Shown here: in pieces, positions 1 to 13,510 of the stretch | How positions within the stretch are numbered: position 1 is the first letter of the stretch | How the letters are laid out: each line of letters begins with the position of its first letter | NCBI GenBank assembly: GCA_013239625.1 | Contig: MU053216.1 | Coordinates: 1,118,001-1,182,000 of the forward strand | Source: Lama guanicoe | Lineage: Eukaryota | Length of the DNA: 64,000 bases | Direction of reading: 5' to 3' | Notes under the pieces: model-generated | Database searches by the model: none | What the model was told of the DNA's origin: nothing | Seen by the model: only the letters and a program-made list of their open reading frames with translations | Program-made: the position numbers and the translations under genes

Positions 1-1149
1 CACACGCTGGGTGCTTTTGCTGTTGAGCTGAGTCCACCGTCTTGCTCCAGAGCCAGGCCTCACCCTAGCCCTTCCTCGGGGCCCAGCGCATCCTGGGCAA
101 GACTTTGCCTTCCTAAAGGCGGGTTTCTCTCCTGGCCTTTGTCCTCATCGCCTGCTGGAGGGGTGCCCCAGGGATGCACGCAGAGTCCCTGCCCATCTCT
201 CTGGGCTCTTGGGAGTACTTCCCAGGGGATCCGCATCAGGAAGGCAGAATTCCCCGCCTGCCCTGGCTCCGTCACCCTGGGGCAGTCAGTCTGGAAAGGC
301 ATCTTCCCAGGATCTGAATGAATGAACTCTGTGGTGACCCCTGCAGAGCCCTGGACACTGGCTGCCCTCAGGGAACCAGGGTAGCAACGGACAGACTGTG
401 GACCTGACTTCCGGTGCGACCTCAGGCCCCCCGAGGTGTGGGTGCCTGTAGCAGGACAGAGAGGCTCCCGGCCACCAGTGGGGTCATGGAAAACAGAGGG
501 GCTGGGGGCAACGAAGGCCACACCCCAAGCCCTTCACAAGAGCCCTGATTGGAAGACGGGTGCACGTGACCAGGGCCCCCACCCTGAGGCTGGATAGAGG
601 GGGTCCTGTGCCCAGTCCTACCACCCCTGCTCTGCTCAGATGGGCGGGCGAGGGGGAGAGCAGGCAGTGGGAAGAGAGGGAGCCGAAGGGTGGGTGTGAG
701 GCTTGAGGGGCAGGGCTCGGCATGTGCTGGGGCTCCTGGCGCCCCAGAACTCGCTGGGAGCGGCCCTGCTGGCCTCCCCGGGTGGGGTGGGCGGGGCGGG
801 TGGGGCAGCGGCCCCGGAGCGAGAGCTAGCATAGCCGGCCGCCCCGGCCCCAAGCTGCCGTCAGCACTAGATTTGCTTGGGCCCTGCCCCTCTGCCAACC
901 CCAAATTCCAGTTCTGTCCTCCCGATGACGCTGGCAAAACCAAGACCTGCCTTTCCATCCACCTTCCCCCTGGCCAGCAGTGCTGTGTTGCAAACCCGTG
1001 GGTAATAGGACTTGGCTCCAGGCCCAGCCCCAGCCTCAGGATCTGGGGGCACGGCTCCTCGTAGGACCAAAGCCGGAGCACAGACTCCGGGCCCTGCTAG
1101 GAGGCAGCGGGGAAGCAAGGACAGGGGCCACTGTGGGGCCACTGCTGAG

Positions 1150-1300
1150 CCACCGAACCTCTCTGTGCTCCCTCATTTGTAACACGAGGTTAGTCACCTA
1201 CCACTGACCTCACAGGCTTCTTGTGGCCAGAAATACATATAAAATGCTTATCAGATGTCTAGCACAGAGCTCGGTACACTGGAGGAGCTTAATAATAAAC
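1150..1300. mobile_element. MIR fragment
   Basis: aacctctctgtgctccctcatttgtaa...acctcacagg...tagcacagagctcggtacac. Confidence 0.65.
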
Positions 1301-3384
1301 AGAACTTGCTTCCTCCAGCAGCACCTTCTAGCCTCCTGTCCACCTGCCTCTCCAGACCCTCCCCTTCACCCCGTCAGCCAGGACCCGGCTCCCAGCTGTT
1401 GCTTCTCCTCTTCAGCCTCCGAGCCCCCAAGCTTTCCCCTCCCCTGGTCCTTCCCTCCCAGGCCGGCTCCGCATCAACACACACCAGCACCACATGCATA
1501 CTCGTGGCTCCATCATCATTGACCCTGGAAACCTCAAAACAGCACGGGGGGGGCATCTCAGAGACCGTCTGGTCAACCCCTTGGTTCATCAGAAGAGGCA
1601 CCTGAGAGCAGAGAGGCGCTGTCCTCACTGTGGGGCCTCGGTCTCCTCTCCCTTTGCAGGAGGGGCCGGGTGACCAGCCTGAGGTTTAAGGGGAAGCCCC
1701 GAGGCGGGAGGGGAGTCTGCGAGCAGTTCCTGTGCTGGGAGAATCTCAGAAGGCCGTGGGACTGAGAGCTGGCAGCTCAGGGTGCCAGCCTGGGGGCCGA
1801 GTGGCCGTGGGCTCCATCCGTCTCAGTCACCTGCCCAGGCCGGGCCCCAGCCTGGCGCAGCCTCCCAGCCTCTGTGGTGATTCGATGAGTCACCCACCCG
1901 TGCCCGCAGACGAGGCAGCCGCACCCAGGGCCGCTGGCACCTGGATGGACGGCGTTTCTGCTCTGAGCTGCTGGGCCGGCAGCCTGCCAGGCCGCAGAGG
2001 GGCGCTGGTGGGAATCCCAGACACTCAGGCCTGGGGCCGGGCTGAGAGCCTCTGTCTGTATCGCCCCTCACTGAGGCTGGGGCCGCCCGCAGACCACCCA
2101 CCCAGGTGCCCTCTTGTCAGGAGCCCCTGGGGACAAGTGGCAGCCAGGCACCTAGGTATCTGTGCTCAGTGGGGCCTGGGCTTCAGGCTGCTCCCACGGG
2201 CCAGGCCTGAGCCACACGGTCACTTGCGGCCCCTCTGCCTGGCAGGGCCACCTCTCCCCCTCCTCCCACTCACCCCATCACAGCGCTGCCCTCCCACAGG
2301 TCCCAGTGTCCTGAGCTGGACGTAACCCTGCCCTCCACTGTTCTCTTGTGCCCCTGGCACACCGTGCGTCCCACCCCTGCGCACCAAAAGCTCTCTGCAT
2401 CGCCAGCCAGCCTAGCACAGTGCCTGGGCTCGGCGGTGACTCGCTGAACGTCCGCCCCGTCCGTCCTCCACCTGCGTGCTCTGTTACACCGGCGTCCTGT
2501 GGCCAGAGGCCTTCCAGGAGGTGTGGCCATCCCAGAGGCCTTGATGTCAGGTCATGTTGGGGTTGGGGCTGGACCTGGGCCCTAGGAGAGGAATTAGGGG
2601 GTTCCCTGACACCTTGACCCTCGAGCCATCTCTGGCCTTAGCAGTGGCGGGAGCGGAGAGGGGCCTCTCACCCCTTCCCGAAGGGGCCGCTCCACTCACT
2701 GTGCATCTGTCAGCGCTGACCCTCAGCAGGCTCTGAGACCCCCTCCTGCCACAAGGAGACCTGGGCGTCTTCTGTCACAGAGGATTCTGCCCCCAACCTC
2801 ATCTTGGCCAAGCCAGGATCTCCGGGATTGGACTGAGGGGACGGGTCTGCTCAGGACGCCCTGGGTGACGTCTGAGCTCCGCTTCAGCCGGATCTGCCTG
2901 CCTCCTGTCCTCAGCTTGGAACTCGGGCTGGGGTGGGGGCATGTGACCGCAGGGGCAGACTGCGGGCACCTTTCAGGGCTCAGGGAACCCCGGAGACCAC
3001 GGAACTGGGGCGGCAAGTGCGCAGTGCAGGACAGAGTCTTGCTCTTGGTCCTGCCAAGGGAAAGCTCCGCTGACACCCCAGAGCCGTGAGCACGTTCTGC
3101 ATTTCTTGCCGGCGTGGAAGGTTCTGCGGCTACTTTCACCTCTTTGCACGTAGGTTCTAGTTCTTTAGTCGACAGTGTTTCCTGGCCTTGATCTCTTGGG
3201 ATCTGCCCATCAGTTACTCGAGAGGAGCGTGCACCCCCTGTCACCCCCATTGTGAGGACGAGGCTCAGAGGGTTGTGTGACTTAGCGGCAGAGCTGAGAC
3301 TTAGGGGGTCTTCCCACAACCCACACCCCATCCCACCCCACAGACTGCAGGATGTTTCTGGGGTGGACAGAGCTGCCAAGTACA

Positions 3385-3812
3385 CGGTCATCGGGGGACC
3401 CCGTGGCACCCCCCAAAAGATGTGTCCACGTCCTGACCCATGAAATCTGTGAAGGGGATCTTGTTTGGGTGAAGAGCCCTTGCAGATGTAATTAAGTAAA
3501 GGATCTTGAGACGAGATCATCCCGGACTTGGGGGGGGGGCCTGCGGCCCACGGCAGGTGTCCTGCCCAGAACAGGCAGGGGAGGCTTGAGACAGAGGGTC
3601 AGGCTGGAGTGATGCTCCCATAGACAAGGAACCCCTGGACCCCCGGCGGCTGGAAGCATGAAGCGGGTTCCCCACAGAGCCTCCAGGAGGAACCCACCCT
3701 GTCTACACCTTAATTGTGAATTTCTGGCCTCCAGACTGGGAGACAGCACGTTCCCGTTGTTAAGACACCAAGTCCGAGGAGATCTGTGTGGCCACCCTTG
3801 GAAACAGAGACA
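3385..3812 (+). mobile_element. MLT1 (ERVL-MaLR) solo LTR
   Basis: ttgcagatgtaattaagtaaaggatcttgagacgagatcatcc...ttctggcctccagactgggaga...gttaagacaccaagt...ggaaacagagaca. Confidence 0.82.
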
Positions 3813-4794
3813 CTAACCCCGAGGTGCTCTGGGCCACCGGCCTGAGCGGGCAGCCTCTCAGCAGCCCCCGGGCGCCCAGCTGGGTGTGGTGTGAGACCCA
3901 GGACTGGCCCCGGGCTGGGGAGGGAGGCGCCAGGCTGACACTGCCCCTCGGCAGTGGTACCACCAAGGGCCAGCTGCTCCAGCCCAGCCCTGGACTGCCC
4001 CCCCACCCCGCCACCCAACTCTTTGGTTTCACTCCACACCCGGAAAAGAATGCGCTCCTCAGGCTCTGGGAAAGCAGCCACGGAGAGGGAGATGGCGGCG
4101 GCATCCTCGCCCCCCACCCGGGACTCCAGGGGTTTGCGAAGCCAGTTACGCCTCCGCCGGGAGGTCAGCCCTCGGCCAGGCGCCCATTGTCCCCGCTTAA
4201 CGGGATGTCTTCAGGCAGCCAACGCGGTGCAGCCACGATTGCCCCAACGAGAGGACACAATGGGGCTCTGTCTCTGGGGCCTTTCATTCCGAAGGCTCGG
4301 ACAGCCTTACCCACCTTGGGAGACCCGATACCTCTTTTTAGGTGGGTAACTGGGGTACTGGCAGGAAGCGGGCCGGAGCAGGGCTCCGGTCAAGTTCATT
4401 GAGCAGTCTGAGCTGCCTGGACAGGAACTTCGTTCTGGAAGGCCATCTGGACACCCTTTTTAGGATGAGGCTTCCACAGGAGGATTCGGGTATTTTCAGA
4501 AATACCCTCAGGGTTGGCTGGAACTTCTCAGAAGTGGTCGGAACAGGGCTCAGCTCCCTGCTTGGCTTAATGAGCAGTGGGAGATGGGGAGGGCACAGAG
4601 GACGGGCTGTGAGGGTTTTGAGGGGGAAGGGCAGTGTCCTGGGGCCCTGGGCCCTCCCTCTGCCTGGAATGAAGCAGAGGCCCGGGCCTGGCTCGGCCTC
4701 CAACTTGCTGTGTGACTTTGGACGCGTCACTGCCCTCTCTGGGTTTCAGGTTCCTCACTTGTAAAACGAGGGAGTGGGAGGAGATGCTGTAAGT

Positions 4795-4940
4795 CAGTGC
4801 TTCTCAAACCTGAGCCTGCACCGAATCACCCGGGAATCTCGTTAAGACACAGGTTCTGATTCAGCAGGCCCGGGGCTGGCCTGAGCCTCTGCATTTCCAA
4901 CAAGCAGCTTGGGGAGGCTTCCGACCGCCCTCCTGGTGCC
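4795..4940. mobile_element. MER5A-like hAT-Charlie element, next to a MIR fragment at 4690-4775
   Basis: cagtgcttctcaaacctgagcctgcaccgaatcacc...ttctgattcagcagg...ctgcatttccaacaagc. Confidence 0.75.
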
Positions 4941-7900
4941 GGATCTCAGGGCAGGTCGCCTGACCGTGAGCCCAAGGTGCCATCGTCCCTTGGTCGCCCC
5001 CTCCCCCCAGGTGCTGTTTGAAGGACAAAGAGGCTCGTGTGGTAAGAGCACTTTGTAGGCTGCAGAGTCTGAACAAGGATGTGTTTCAGGGAGATCCACA
5101 GCAGGCGATTAAGACCTGACGTTTGGAGACAGAGCGCTTGGTTCAGGACCGAGCTCCAGCGCCTCTCCCCAGCCGAGGACCTCTCGGCCTCTGGCAAACG
5201 CTTCAGCTCTCTGAGCCTGCGGAGCGGGGAGGGGCGGGCAGCACCCAGCTCTGGGCTCGCTAGGGGGTGAAATGAACCAGATCCCGGAGGGCTGCGCTCT
5301 CACAGAGGGGCTGCCGACGCCCGCCCTCCTGATCATTGTCCCATCTATGGGTGGAAACGGTCAGGGAGGTGGCTGCGCCCACCCTCGCCTGTCCTTTTCC
5401 CGTTCATCCCCAAGTCTGACCTGTGGGCAGCCGGTCCCTGGGGTCCCCCAAGGTCCCACCCAGGCTCCTCCACTTTCTGACTGTCCTGGAGGCGGGACCC
5501 CAGCTCCTGTCTCAATTCCTGAGGGCGCTGACGGCACCCGGAGCTGCTGGGGACCCTGTGAGTTGGGCCTCAGCCCCCAGCAGGGCCGTGTCGGGGGGGC
5601 TTGCATTTCACTCCCCTTGGGGACCTGCCTGCCGCCTGGAGGTGACTGGGATCTGGCAGGAGTGGCGTCAGTGTCCACGGAGGCGTGGTTTGTGGGGTTT
5701 GTGGGTGGAAGCAGGCGGCCGAGGCAGGCTCAGCGCTCCCCCGCCGGCAGGGGCTTGTCCTCCCCCCACCCCCTCAAGGCCCGCTGCACAGCCCTGGTGG
5801 GGTGGCCACTGTGACAGCAGCGGGCAGCCCTCTGGGGACGCTGCGGAGGAAGACCCCCTCCCAGCCCGTGCAGTGAAGTCTGCTTCTGTCTAAACAGAGC
5901 AATTACCCTAATTGCGCTTGTGCTGATCCTCCTGTCAGCCTCGGCTGGACAATAGGGCGGGCATTACTCACCCCGCCGGCCACGAGGCAGCCTGCTGCGG
6001 CCAGCCGGAGCCAGACGCCCGCCCGCGCCCCGGGCCGGGGCTCGGACGCGACTGGGATGCCCCTTGGTTTCAGCTATGAAGTCTGAGGCTCGCAGGCGTG
6101 TGATGTGTACTGTCTACTTAAATGGGCAACGGCAACAAAGTGAATTCCCTTGCTGTCCGTGCCCAGTGCTGGGAGCCCACGGCCCCCTCTCTGATTCGAT
6201 GCTGGTGGGGAACCCATGGTAGAGAACAAACCACACTTGCCCGTTTAAGGCAAGTGAGGTGCTGATTTGTCGCAGGCTCGAATGTGTTCATCCAGAGTCG
6301 CTGGGGGAGTGACCGATTAAACCTCGTCGGAACTCCCCGTCAGAGCTGCCCTGCCCCCCTCGGGGGAGCCCGGGGGCACCTCCCTGCTGCTGGGGGGGTG
6401 CTGCATGCCGCCCGAGCCCTCGTCTCCCCTGCTGGCCAGGCCCCAGCCCGTCGCAGCCCTCACTGGCCCCAGAGATGCCCTGAGTCCTGGTCGGGACAAA
6501 GACTCTGTCCCCACCTGGGTGTGCCAGCCTCCGCCTTCTGGCCACCGCACCCGCCCTGCCCTGTGGGTGACTCCCTGGCGTGCTGCTGTCAGCACTTGCG
6601 TCCTGCAGCTTCCTGGTGTGGGGGGTGTGGGGTGGGGGCAGGACCTCGAGACGCCCCTTGGCAAGGCCCTAGGGGCTGCAGGCAGGAGGCAGGACCACCA
6701 GTCTGGACCCTAATCTGCCTCCAGGCCTGTCCTGGGCATGGCCCCTGGGGACCACCGGGCTTTCTGAGTGACGTGCACTTTGTAGGTCTACATATTAGAA
6801 ATCAGGAGGGGACTCCTGCACGGGGACCCCCGCCAGGCCCCCCGGATGTTGCTGCCCCTAACTCACACGTCTTCCCTCCCCTGTCTAGAACCCGATGGCA
6901 GGGGCAGGGGGCGAGGGAAGGACCCTCCAGCCCCTCCCGGGTCCCGGGGCGTCTTCCTCCTCCTCCTGTCTGGTGGAAGGCTCTCTCCATCAGCCCCTTT
7001 CTTCATTCTTCCCTGGGCGGGAAGCCTCTTGGATTAGTCTGATCACAGAAGAGCCACAGGGCAAGGAAGGAGAAGAGTCTGGATTATACTGGGAGAGAGT
7101 TGAAAGCCAGCCACTGCATTACCAGAGAACTCACAGCCACCCGGCTGAGAGGACGAGCTGAAACTTGAAGCCGGAAGGACTGGTTTGCGCCCCAGCCCCA
7201 CTCCTGCTCCCCAGCTCTGCTTTCTCCAGGCAGGAAGAGCTCCTGTGAAGACAGGGGTGTAGGGCCGGTTGAAGAGCGGGCATGGTGTGGGATGGCTTGG
7301 AGAGCCCCCACGTGCCAGGACAGGAGCGCTGGCTCTGGCAAGGGAGCCACAAAAGCGGATCAGGACCTCTAGTGTTTCCCCCCTCCCCTCCCCTCCCCAG
7401 TCCCAGGGTGTGGCAGCAGCGGGCATCTTGGGGTCTGTTCACAGGTGTGAGTCTGTCCAAGCAGAGTACCACTGTAAGTGGGACTGGGTGCTCTGGGGGT
7501 TGGGGACCCACCTGTCAACCGTGCTGACGGGTAAGCAGAGACTGGGGTGCAGAGAGAGAGTGTGATGCAGGGCCGGAGAGGAGAGGGGCGAGGAGGGGTG
7601 AAGGAGGGGAGGGGAGGGGAGGAGGGACCACCAGCCCCCATTCTGGCCCCTCTGGAGCCCCCTGGCACCTTCCTGTTTGGGACCCGAGACAGCGAGTGTG
7701 CGGTTCTGAGCAGAGGAGGGACTGGTCGGTCAGGAATAAATTAGTGCCGTCAGGACCCCCGCAGTCAAGAGCTTCCAGCCCCTCTGGCTCCCAGCACCGC
7801 AGTCAGTCATGGCCTCCCTGCCAGCCGCTGAGCCCCTGCTCCCAGACCTCCCTGCGGACGCTTCCCTGGGGATGAAACCCTGCGGACAGTGAATCATCCG

Positions 7901-8304
7901 GGACACAGACATGGGAGGCTCATGGCACAGGGGCGTCTGACAGTGACAGGAAGAGGACCCAGGTGACCCGCCGGACCCTCCTCATACCCAGAGCCTCTCA
8001 CTCCAAGGGAACAGCCCTGCCGGTGGGGTCAGCGAGGCAGATGTGGATCAGTGTCAGTCCCCCCGCCCTGCCGGCCCAGGAGGCCCAGCGGGAAGAGCGC
8101 ACGGCCTCAGGAAGACGGGTCACCTCCAGACACTTGCCCGGCCCAGCCTCCTGCCACCCATCAGGCCGCTTTGCCCTGGCCAGCGGTTCTCCAGCGAGGC
8201 AGCAGAGGAGACTTCCGAAAGGATGCCCAAGTCTGGGGCAAGACCAAGGAATCTGAATCTTTAGCGAGAGCTCCAGGTCCAGCTGAATTTCAGGGCACGT
8301 TTAA

Positions 8305-8830
8305 AAATCGTGATAAAAAAGATGCAGAACATAAAATTGACCATTTTGGCAATTTTTAAGAGCACAGTTCAATAGCATTAAGTGCATCACATGGTTGTCA
8401 CCACCGTCTGTCCCCAGAACGGTTTCATCATCTCAAACAGAAACTCTGCACCCATTAAAAACTACCCCCCCCCACTAGTCTGCCAGGTCTCGTCGTGTAA
8501 GTGCAGTCACACACCGTCTGTCCTTTGTCACAAGCTTGTTTCCCAGAGCATCGTGGCTTCCAGGTGCGTCCCTGGGCGGCCGGTGTCAGGACGTCCCTCC
8601 TCTTCCAGGCTGAAGGATGCTCCGCTGTGCGGTAGACCTCACTGTGCCTGCCCACTCATCCGTGCACAGACACTGGGCCGCTCCCGCCCTTCGGTCACTG
8701 TAAGTAGCGCTGCTGGGGACACGGGTGTGTAAAGATCTGTTCAAGTCCCGACTTCCATCTCTGTGGGAGTTAGACCCAGGCCCTCCCTCACGTCCACCGC
8801 TGCCATCTCTCCATTTTGCTTCCATTACCG
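8305..8830 (-). mobile_element. L1MB-like 3'-end fragment
   Basis: aaattgaccattt...acagttcaatagcattaagtgcat...ccagaacggtttcatcatctcaaacagaaactctgcacccattaa. Confidence 0.75.
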
Positions 8831-10410
8831 AGAAAATCTTCTTGGCTTCTGTCTTCCAAGTCCCCTCCTGTCTCCCTGGCCTCTTCTCAACCTACCGACC
8901 CCTCCTGGACTTGGGAGGCAGCGTCGGGGAGGGGCTAGGCTTCGGGGGGGCGGGGGCTTGTGTCCCTGTCTGGGGACTTCCCCAGCCCATGTCCTGGGAC
9001 GAGCTGCTTAAGGTCTCCAAACTTGGACGTTCTCATCTGTGAAAGGACACTAAGGAAAACCAGCTCGTAGGATGGTCTCGAGGACGAGGTGGGAAGAAGA
9101 GCGTGCCGGCGTGGCACGGAGCAGGGAGCTCACAACCAGCGGCGGTGGTGGAGTCTCTCAAGAAAGCGTCCCCAGCGGGGTGGATGTGGGGTGGAACCTC
9201 CTCAGATAAGCTCTGCCCCCGAGAGGAGATGGGAAAGCAAACCCTCCCGCCGACCGGAAGCACGCACACCTTTGGCTCCTGTGAGATCCGCCGCCAGGCG
9301 AGTCCTTGGGGTCCAGCAAGCTACGCTTCCGAGCAACCTCAACTTCTCTTACGTAATCCAAACACCTTTCCTCTTGCTGTGTCCTTCGCAAGCTCCCGGG
9401 AGGGCTGTGGGGAACCCTCTGTGACTGTAGGATGGTCTCTCAGGCCTGGAGACAGCTTACAGCCCCAGCCTGTGACCCCTGGCGGAGCCCGCGGCCCAGT
9501 GGGTGGCGCGTCCGGGGAAGCGGAGGGGGTCGCCGCAGGCGCGAGGGCAAGATTTACATGCATGAGGCAATCCGGGAACAATACAGGACAAAGGTGACTC
9601 ACGGCTTTGTGTCCTGGTTAATGGAGGGTGTGGACAGTGGAGTTCCAGTGAGCAAGATGGAAAAGAAATAGCATGGCAGCCCTGCACGTGTGCCGCGGGG
9701 GAGGGCGCGGGGAGAGGAGGGAGAGGGGCCCAGTCCGCAGGGAAGCCTGGCCTGAGAGCAGCCGCCAGGCCTCCCCAGCTCGTCTTAGAGGCTGTGTGAA
9801 CGCCGGCTGCAAGGACTGAATGGTGAAACCGAGTGAGATGAGGAGAGGCCGCGGGGTCAGGAAAGCAGACTGGGAGCTGGAGACAGTTTCTCACCTGGCA
9901 AACGGTCTAGAAGCGAGACCGCGTCAGGGCGAAAACAGAAGGCTCTCAGGAGAGGTCTGAAACCATCAGGACTGATGCAGAGAAAAGGGGGAACAGCAAA
10001 GACCGGCCAACGCAATGTCCCCAGAGGAGAGAGCTGCACACGTGGAGCAGGAGCGGGGTTGGGAGGCTGTACAGGAAAGGCTCCCCTTAAACAAAGGAGG
10101 GGCTGAACGGGCCGATGGAAAGGACACCCACCAGGAAGAATCCCGGAAAAAAACAGAGAATGCTCAGCACAGAGCCACAGCCTTACAAAGGTGCCGAACT
10201 TCCAAGCATGAAGAAGTTTTCAGGTGTCCAGGCAGGAAAAAAAAAATACACAAGTCATTGCACGAAGGCAAACTCAGGTAGCCTCAGATTTCCCACATGC
10301 AGCCGCGGAAGTGACATCCACATCGCACGCGGGGAAGCAAGCGTGACCCGCAGACACTGCACCATGTACAGCTAAAAGCAGGAGGAAGTCCTCAGGTGTG
10401 AGAGCCTGGC

Positions 10411-11049
10411 TTTTTTTTTTTTGATTCTTATTTTTAATTGAAGTGGAGTCAACTTACGTTGTTAGTTTCAAGTGTACAGCCAAGCGATTCAGTTATACAT
10501 GCACATACATTTATACATATTCTTTTCCATTGTAGGTTATTAGAAGAAATTGAATACAGTTCCCTGTGCTCTGCAGTAGGTCCTTGTTGTTCATCTTTTT
10601 ATATATTGTTGTGTGTATCTGCTAATCCCAAACTCCTAAAGTGTGCCTCCCCCCTTTTCCCCTTTGGTAACTATATGTTTGTTTTCTATGTCTGTGAGTC
10701 TAATTCGGTTTTGCAAATAAGTCCATTTGTATCATTTTTAAAGATTCCACATATAAGTGATATCATATAATATTTGTCTTTCTCTGTCTGACCTGCTTCG
10801 CTTAGTATGACAGTCTCCAGGTCCATCCATGTTGCTGCAGATGGCATTTCTCCATCCTTTTTTATGGCTGAGTAGTATTCCATTGTGTAAATATAATACA
10901 TCTTCTTCACCCAGACATCTGTGAATGGACACTTAGGTTGCTTCCGTGTCTTGGCTGTTTTAGATAGTGCTACACTGAACACTGGGGTACAGGTGTCTTT
11001 TTGAATTAGAGTCCCCTTTGGATATATGACCAGGAGTGGGATTGCTGGA
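10411..11049 (-). mobile_element. 5'-truncated LINE-1 (ORF2 C-terminus, 3'UTR, poly(A)) with target-site duplication
   Basis: ORF 10686..10982 KQPKCP...YTMEYYSAIKK...WMDLE is the L1 ORF2 end; T12 at 10411; TGTGAGAGCCTG repeated at 10397 and 11050. Confidence 0.92.
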
Positions 11050-13229
11050 TGTGAGAGCCTGTCCTGAAAACACTATTTGATAAGACAAGGCAGGAAATGG
11101 TGAGTGAGCTGAATTGGAGACTCAAGAATAGAGAACCCAGAGAAGTAGGGCTGTGTCCATTTACAGAGAGCCGTTGCAGAGCAGAGAGCCAGCACTTAAG
11201 GCTCCAAAAAGAGGGAGACTGAGTAAGAACATGAATCAGGATGCGGGAGAAGAGGGGGACGACGTGTGGGGGACTAGCACACTCAGCTTTCAGAGCTGGA
11301 GTCAGCACACCGTCTGCAATGGAAGCGTAACTCAAAAAAATTTTGCGACGACAGTCTTTTAAAACCAATCCGAAAAATAATTTATTTCCTTATCTATAGA
11401 GGATCTTATGGGTACAAATATCTCTTGTGGTTAAGAAACACTTATCCAAGGTCAAATAATGCTTTCAGTCTTCTTTTCCGTCGTTTCTGTGATGTGTAAC
11501 TGCAAAGAAACAAACTTCTCATACTTTAAAAGCACATAACCTGAGATGCCGTTCTTACACCATCATCTTTCTGTCACCTGCCTACCATTCTGTGTGTGTC
11601 ACGCTCAGACGTACGCCAGGGCTGTTGGGCAGGAAGCAGTCATGCGGGGTATCTCTGGGGCGTGGGATCCGGGGTGATTTATTCTTTCTTCTTTGTGGAT
11701 TTCTGTGCTGTTTGGATTTTTATGATAAGCATGTACCATGTTGATTAAAAATAGTTGGCAACATTGAAGGAAGGTGGAAGTGAGTGTAGCCAAAATCGGT
11801 CCTGGAGCAAAGGGGCTCCCGGGGTGGCTGTGGCCCCTCCCGGGCTCGCCTGCCTCTGACAGCGGGATGGGGGGGATGCCAGGAGAAGGCTTCCTGCAGA
11901 GGTGGGCTGAGTTGGGCCTGGAGAACTGGCAGGTCTGGAGAACATCTGCTTTGCCAGGCATTCCATGGATTTAACCTTCCTGGGTCTATGGGGTAGGTTG
12001 AGTCACCCTATTTTATGGATAAGGAAACTGAGGCCAGAGAGCACGCAGAGCACTAACCTTGGCCACCCAGCAGAGGGTCGACATGAACCTGGTGCAGCCA
12101 GGAAGCCGACTCTGGCGCTCGGACATCGGGGCCTGGGTAGGGCTGGGCAGGGCTGAGCAGGACTCTGAGGGCGTGGGTCCCAGCCGAGGGAGGAAGGCTC
12201 TGAGGGCATCCTGCGACTGTGTGTGAGCCTAGCAGCCATGCCCTCAACTAGAGTGAGGGAGGATGGGCCGGGAGGGAGCCGTGGCTGGGCTGGCCACACC
12301 ATGCAGACACCAGAGGACTGGGCAGGTCCCCCGGGGAGACCCCTGGGCCCTGAGAGGAGGGGCCAGGAAGACTGAGCCACAGTGCAGGACTGGGCACTGC
12401 ATGACCATGCCCATCGCACCTGCGGGGCTTGGACACCCAGCGCTCCACCGGGTCACACGCACAGAGCCCGTCACTGGCTCCTTGGCCTCCCCCACATCAT
12501 TAATTACAAAGCACGTGGCCATGAAATGGTCCTGGGCTTCCTCATCCTCCCCAGAGCCCGGAGCCTTGGGACCCGCAGCCCGGGGGCTCTGTCTTGGACC
12601 ACCTGCCTGGCCATCTCTGGGCCTGCCAGCCCAGCTGAAATTGCTCATTGCCTGGACAGTGGAACCGCCCAGCCCTGGCCCGAGTCCAGCCCCCACGTCC
12701 AGCCTCGCTACCACCACTGGGCCGCCTTGGTGAGGACCTCCAGCATCCTTGTCACGAGGGCCCAGTCTCGGACAGGGACTCAGGGTGCCTTCCGAGAACT
12801 TTGGTCCTGCCCTATCCCAGGTCGACCTCCAGAGCTCACTCCTCCCCTCCCCTTGGATGGAATCCCAAACCCCACTCCCAGCTCCAGGACCCTGGAACCT
12901 CCCCGTGGACAGGCTAGAGGGTAGGAGCACAGGCTTTGAAGTCCTATAAATGTTTTTGAATCATAACGTACCAGGGCTGGCAGGAGCCCCAGGTCCTCAG
13001 CTGTAAGATGGAGGTAACATTGCCGCCCGCCGTGAGGGTTAGACGAGCCTTCCCGCGGCCCCCGACCCCCGGGGCCCGTCTCCTGGTCTCCTCCCCACCC
13101 CGGCTGCAGGGCTCCAGCTGGTGGCCTCGGGCGCCTGGTACACGTACTGGGGCCGCCGACAAGCCCAGAGGGCAGCCGCGCAGCTGGGCGAGACCCGGCG
13201 CCGGGCACCCGGAGACGCCCAGCGACCAC

Positions 13230-13510
13230 GGCCTAGTGAGAACTGCACGTGCGATTTAATCTGGTGGCAACTGCTCTGAAACAAGTCAAAAAAACCAGGT
13301 GAAAGAAGCTTAATGCCAGTTTTCTGTGACACGAGATGGCCAAAATATTGCTGTTGCAACAGGTAATGAACGCAACGACTGCGACGTTCTGACGCTCTTT
13401 GTCTCCCATGAGGTGTTCGATGGCCGTGCTCTACAGGCAGCTGTGGTGCTAGCACAGGTTTTCAAGATACAGACACAGAGTATTTGGTGAGGAGGCTGGG
13501 GTGTGGACCA
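13230..13510. mobile_element. MER33/MER3-like DNA transposon fragment
   Basis: caggtgaaa...ccaaaatattgctgttgcaacaggtaatgaa resembles the recalled consensus. Confidence 0.5.
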
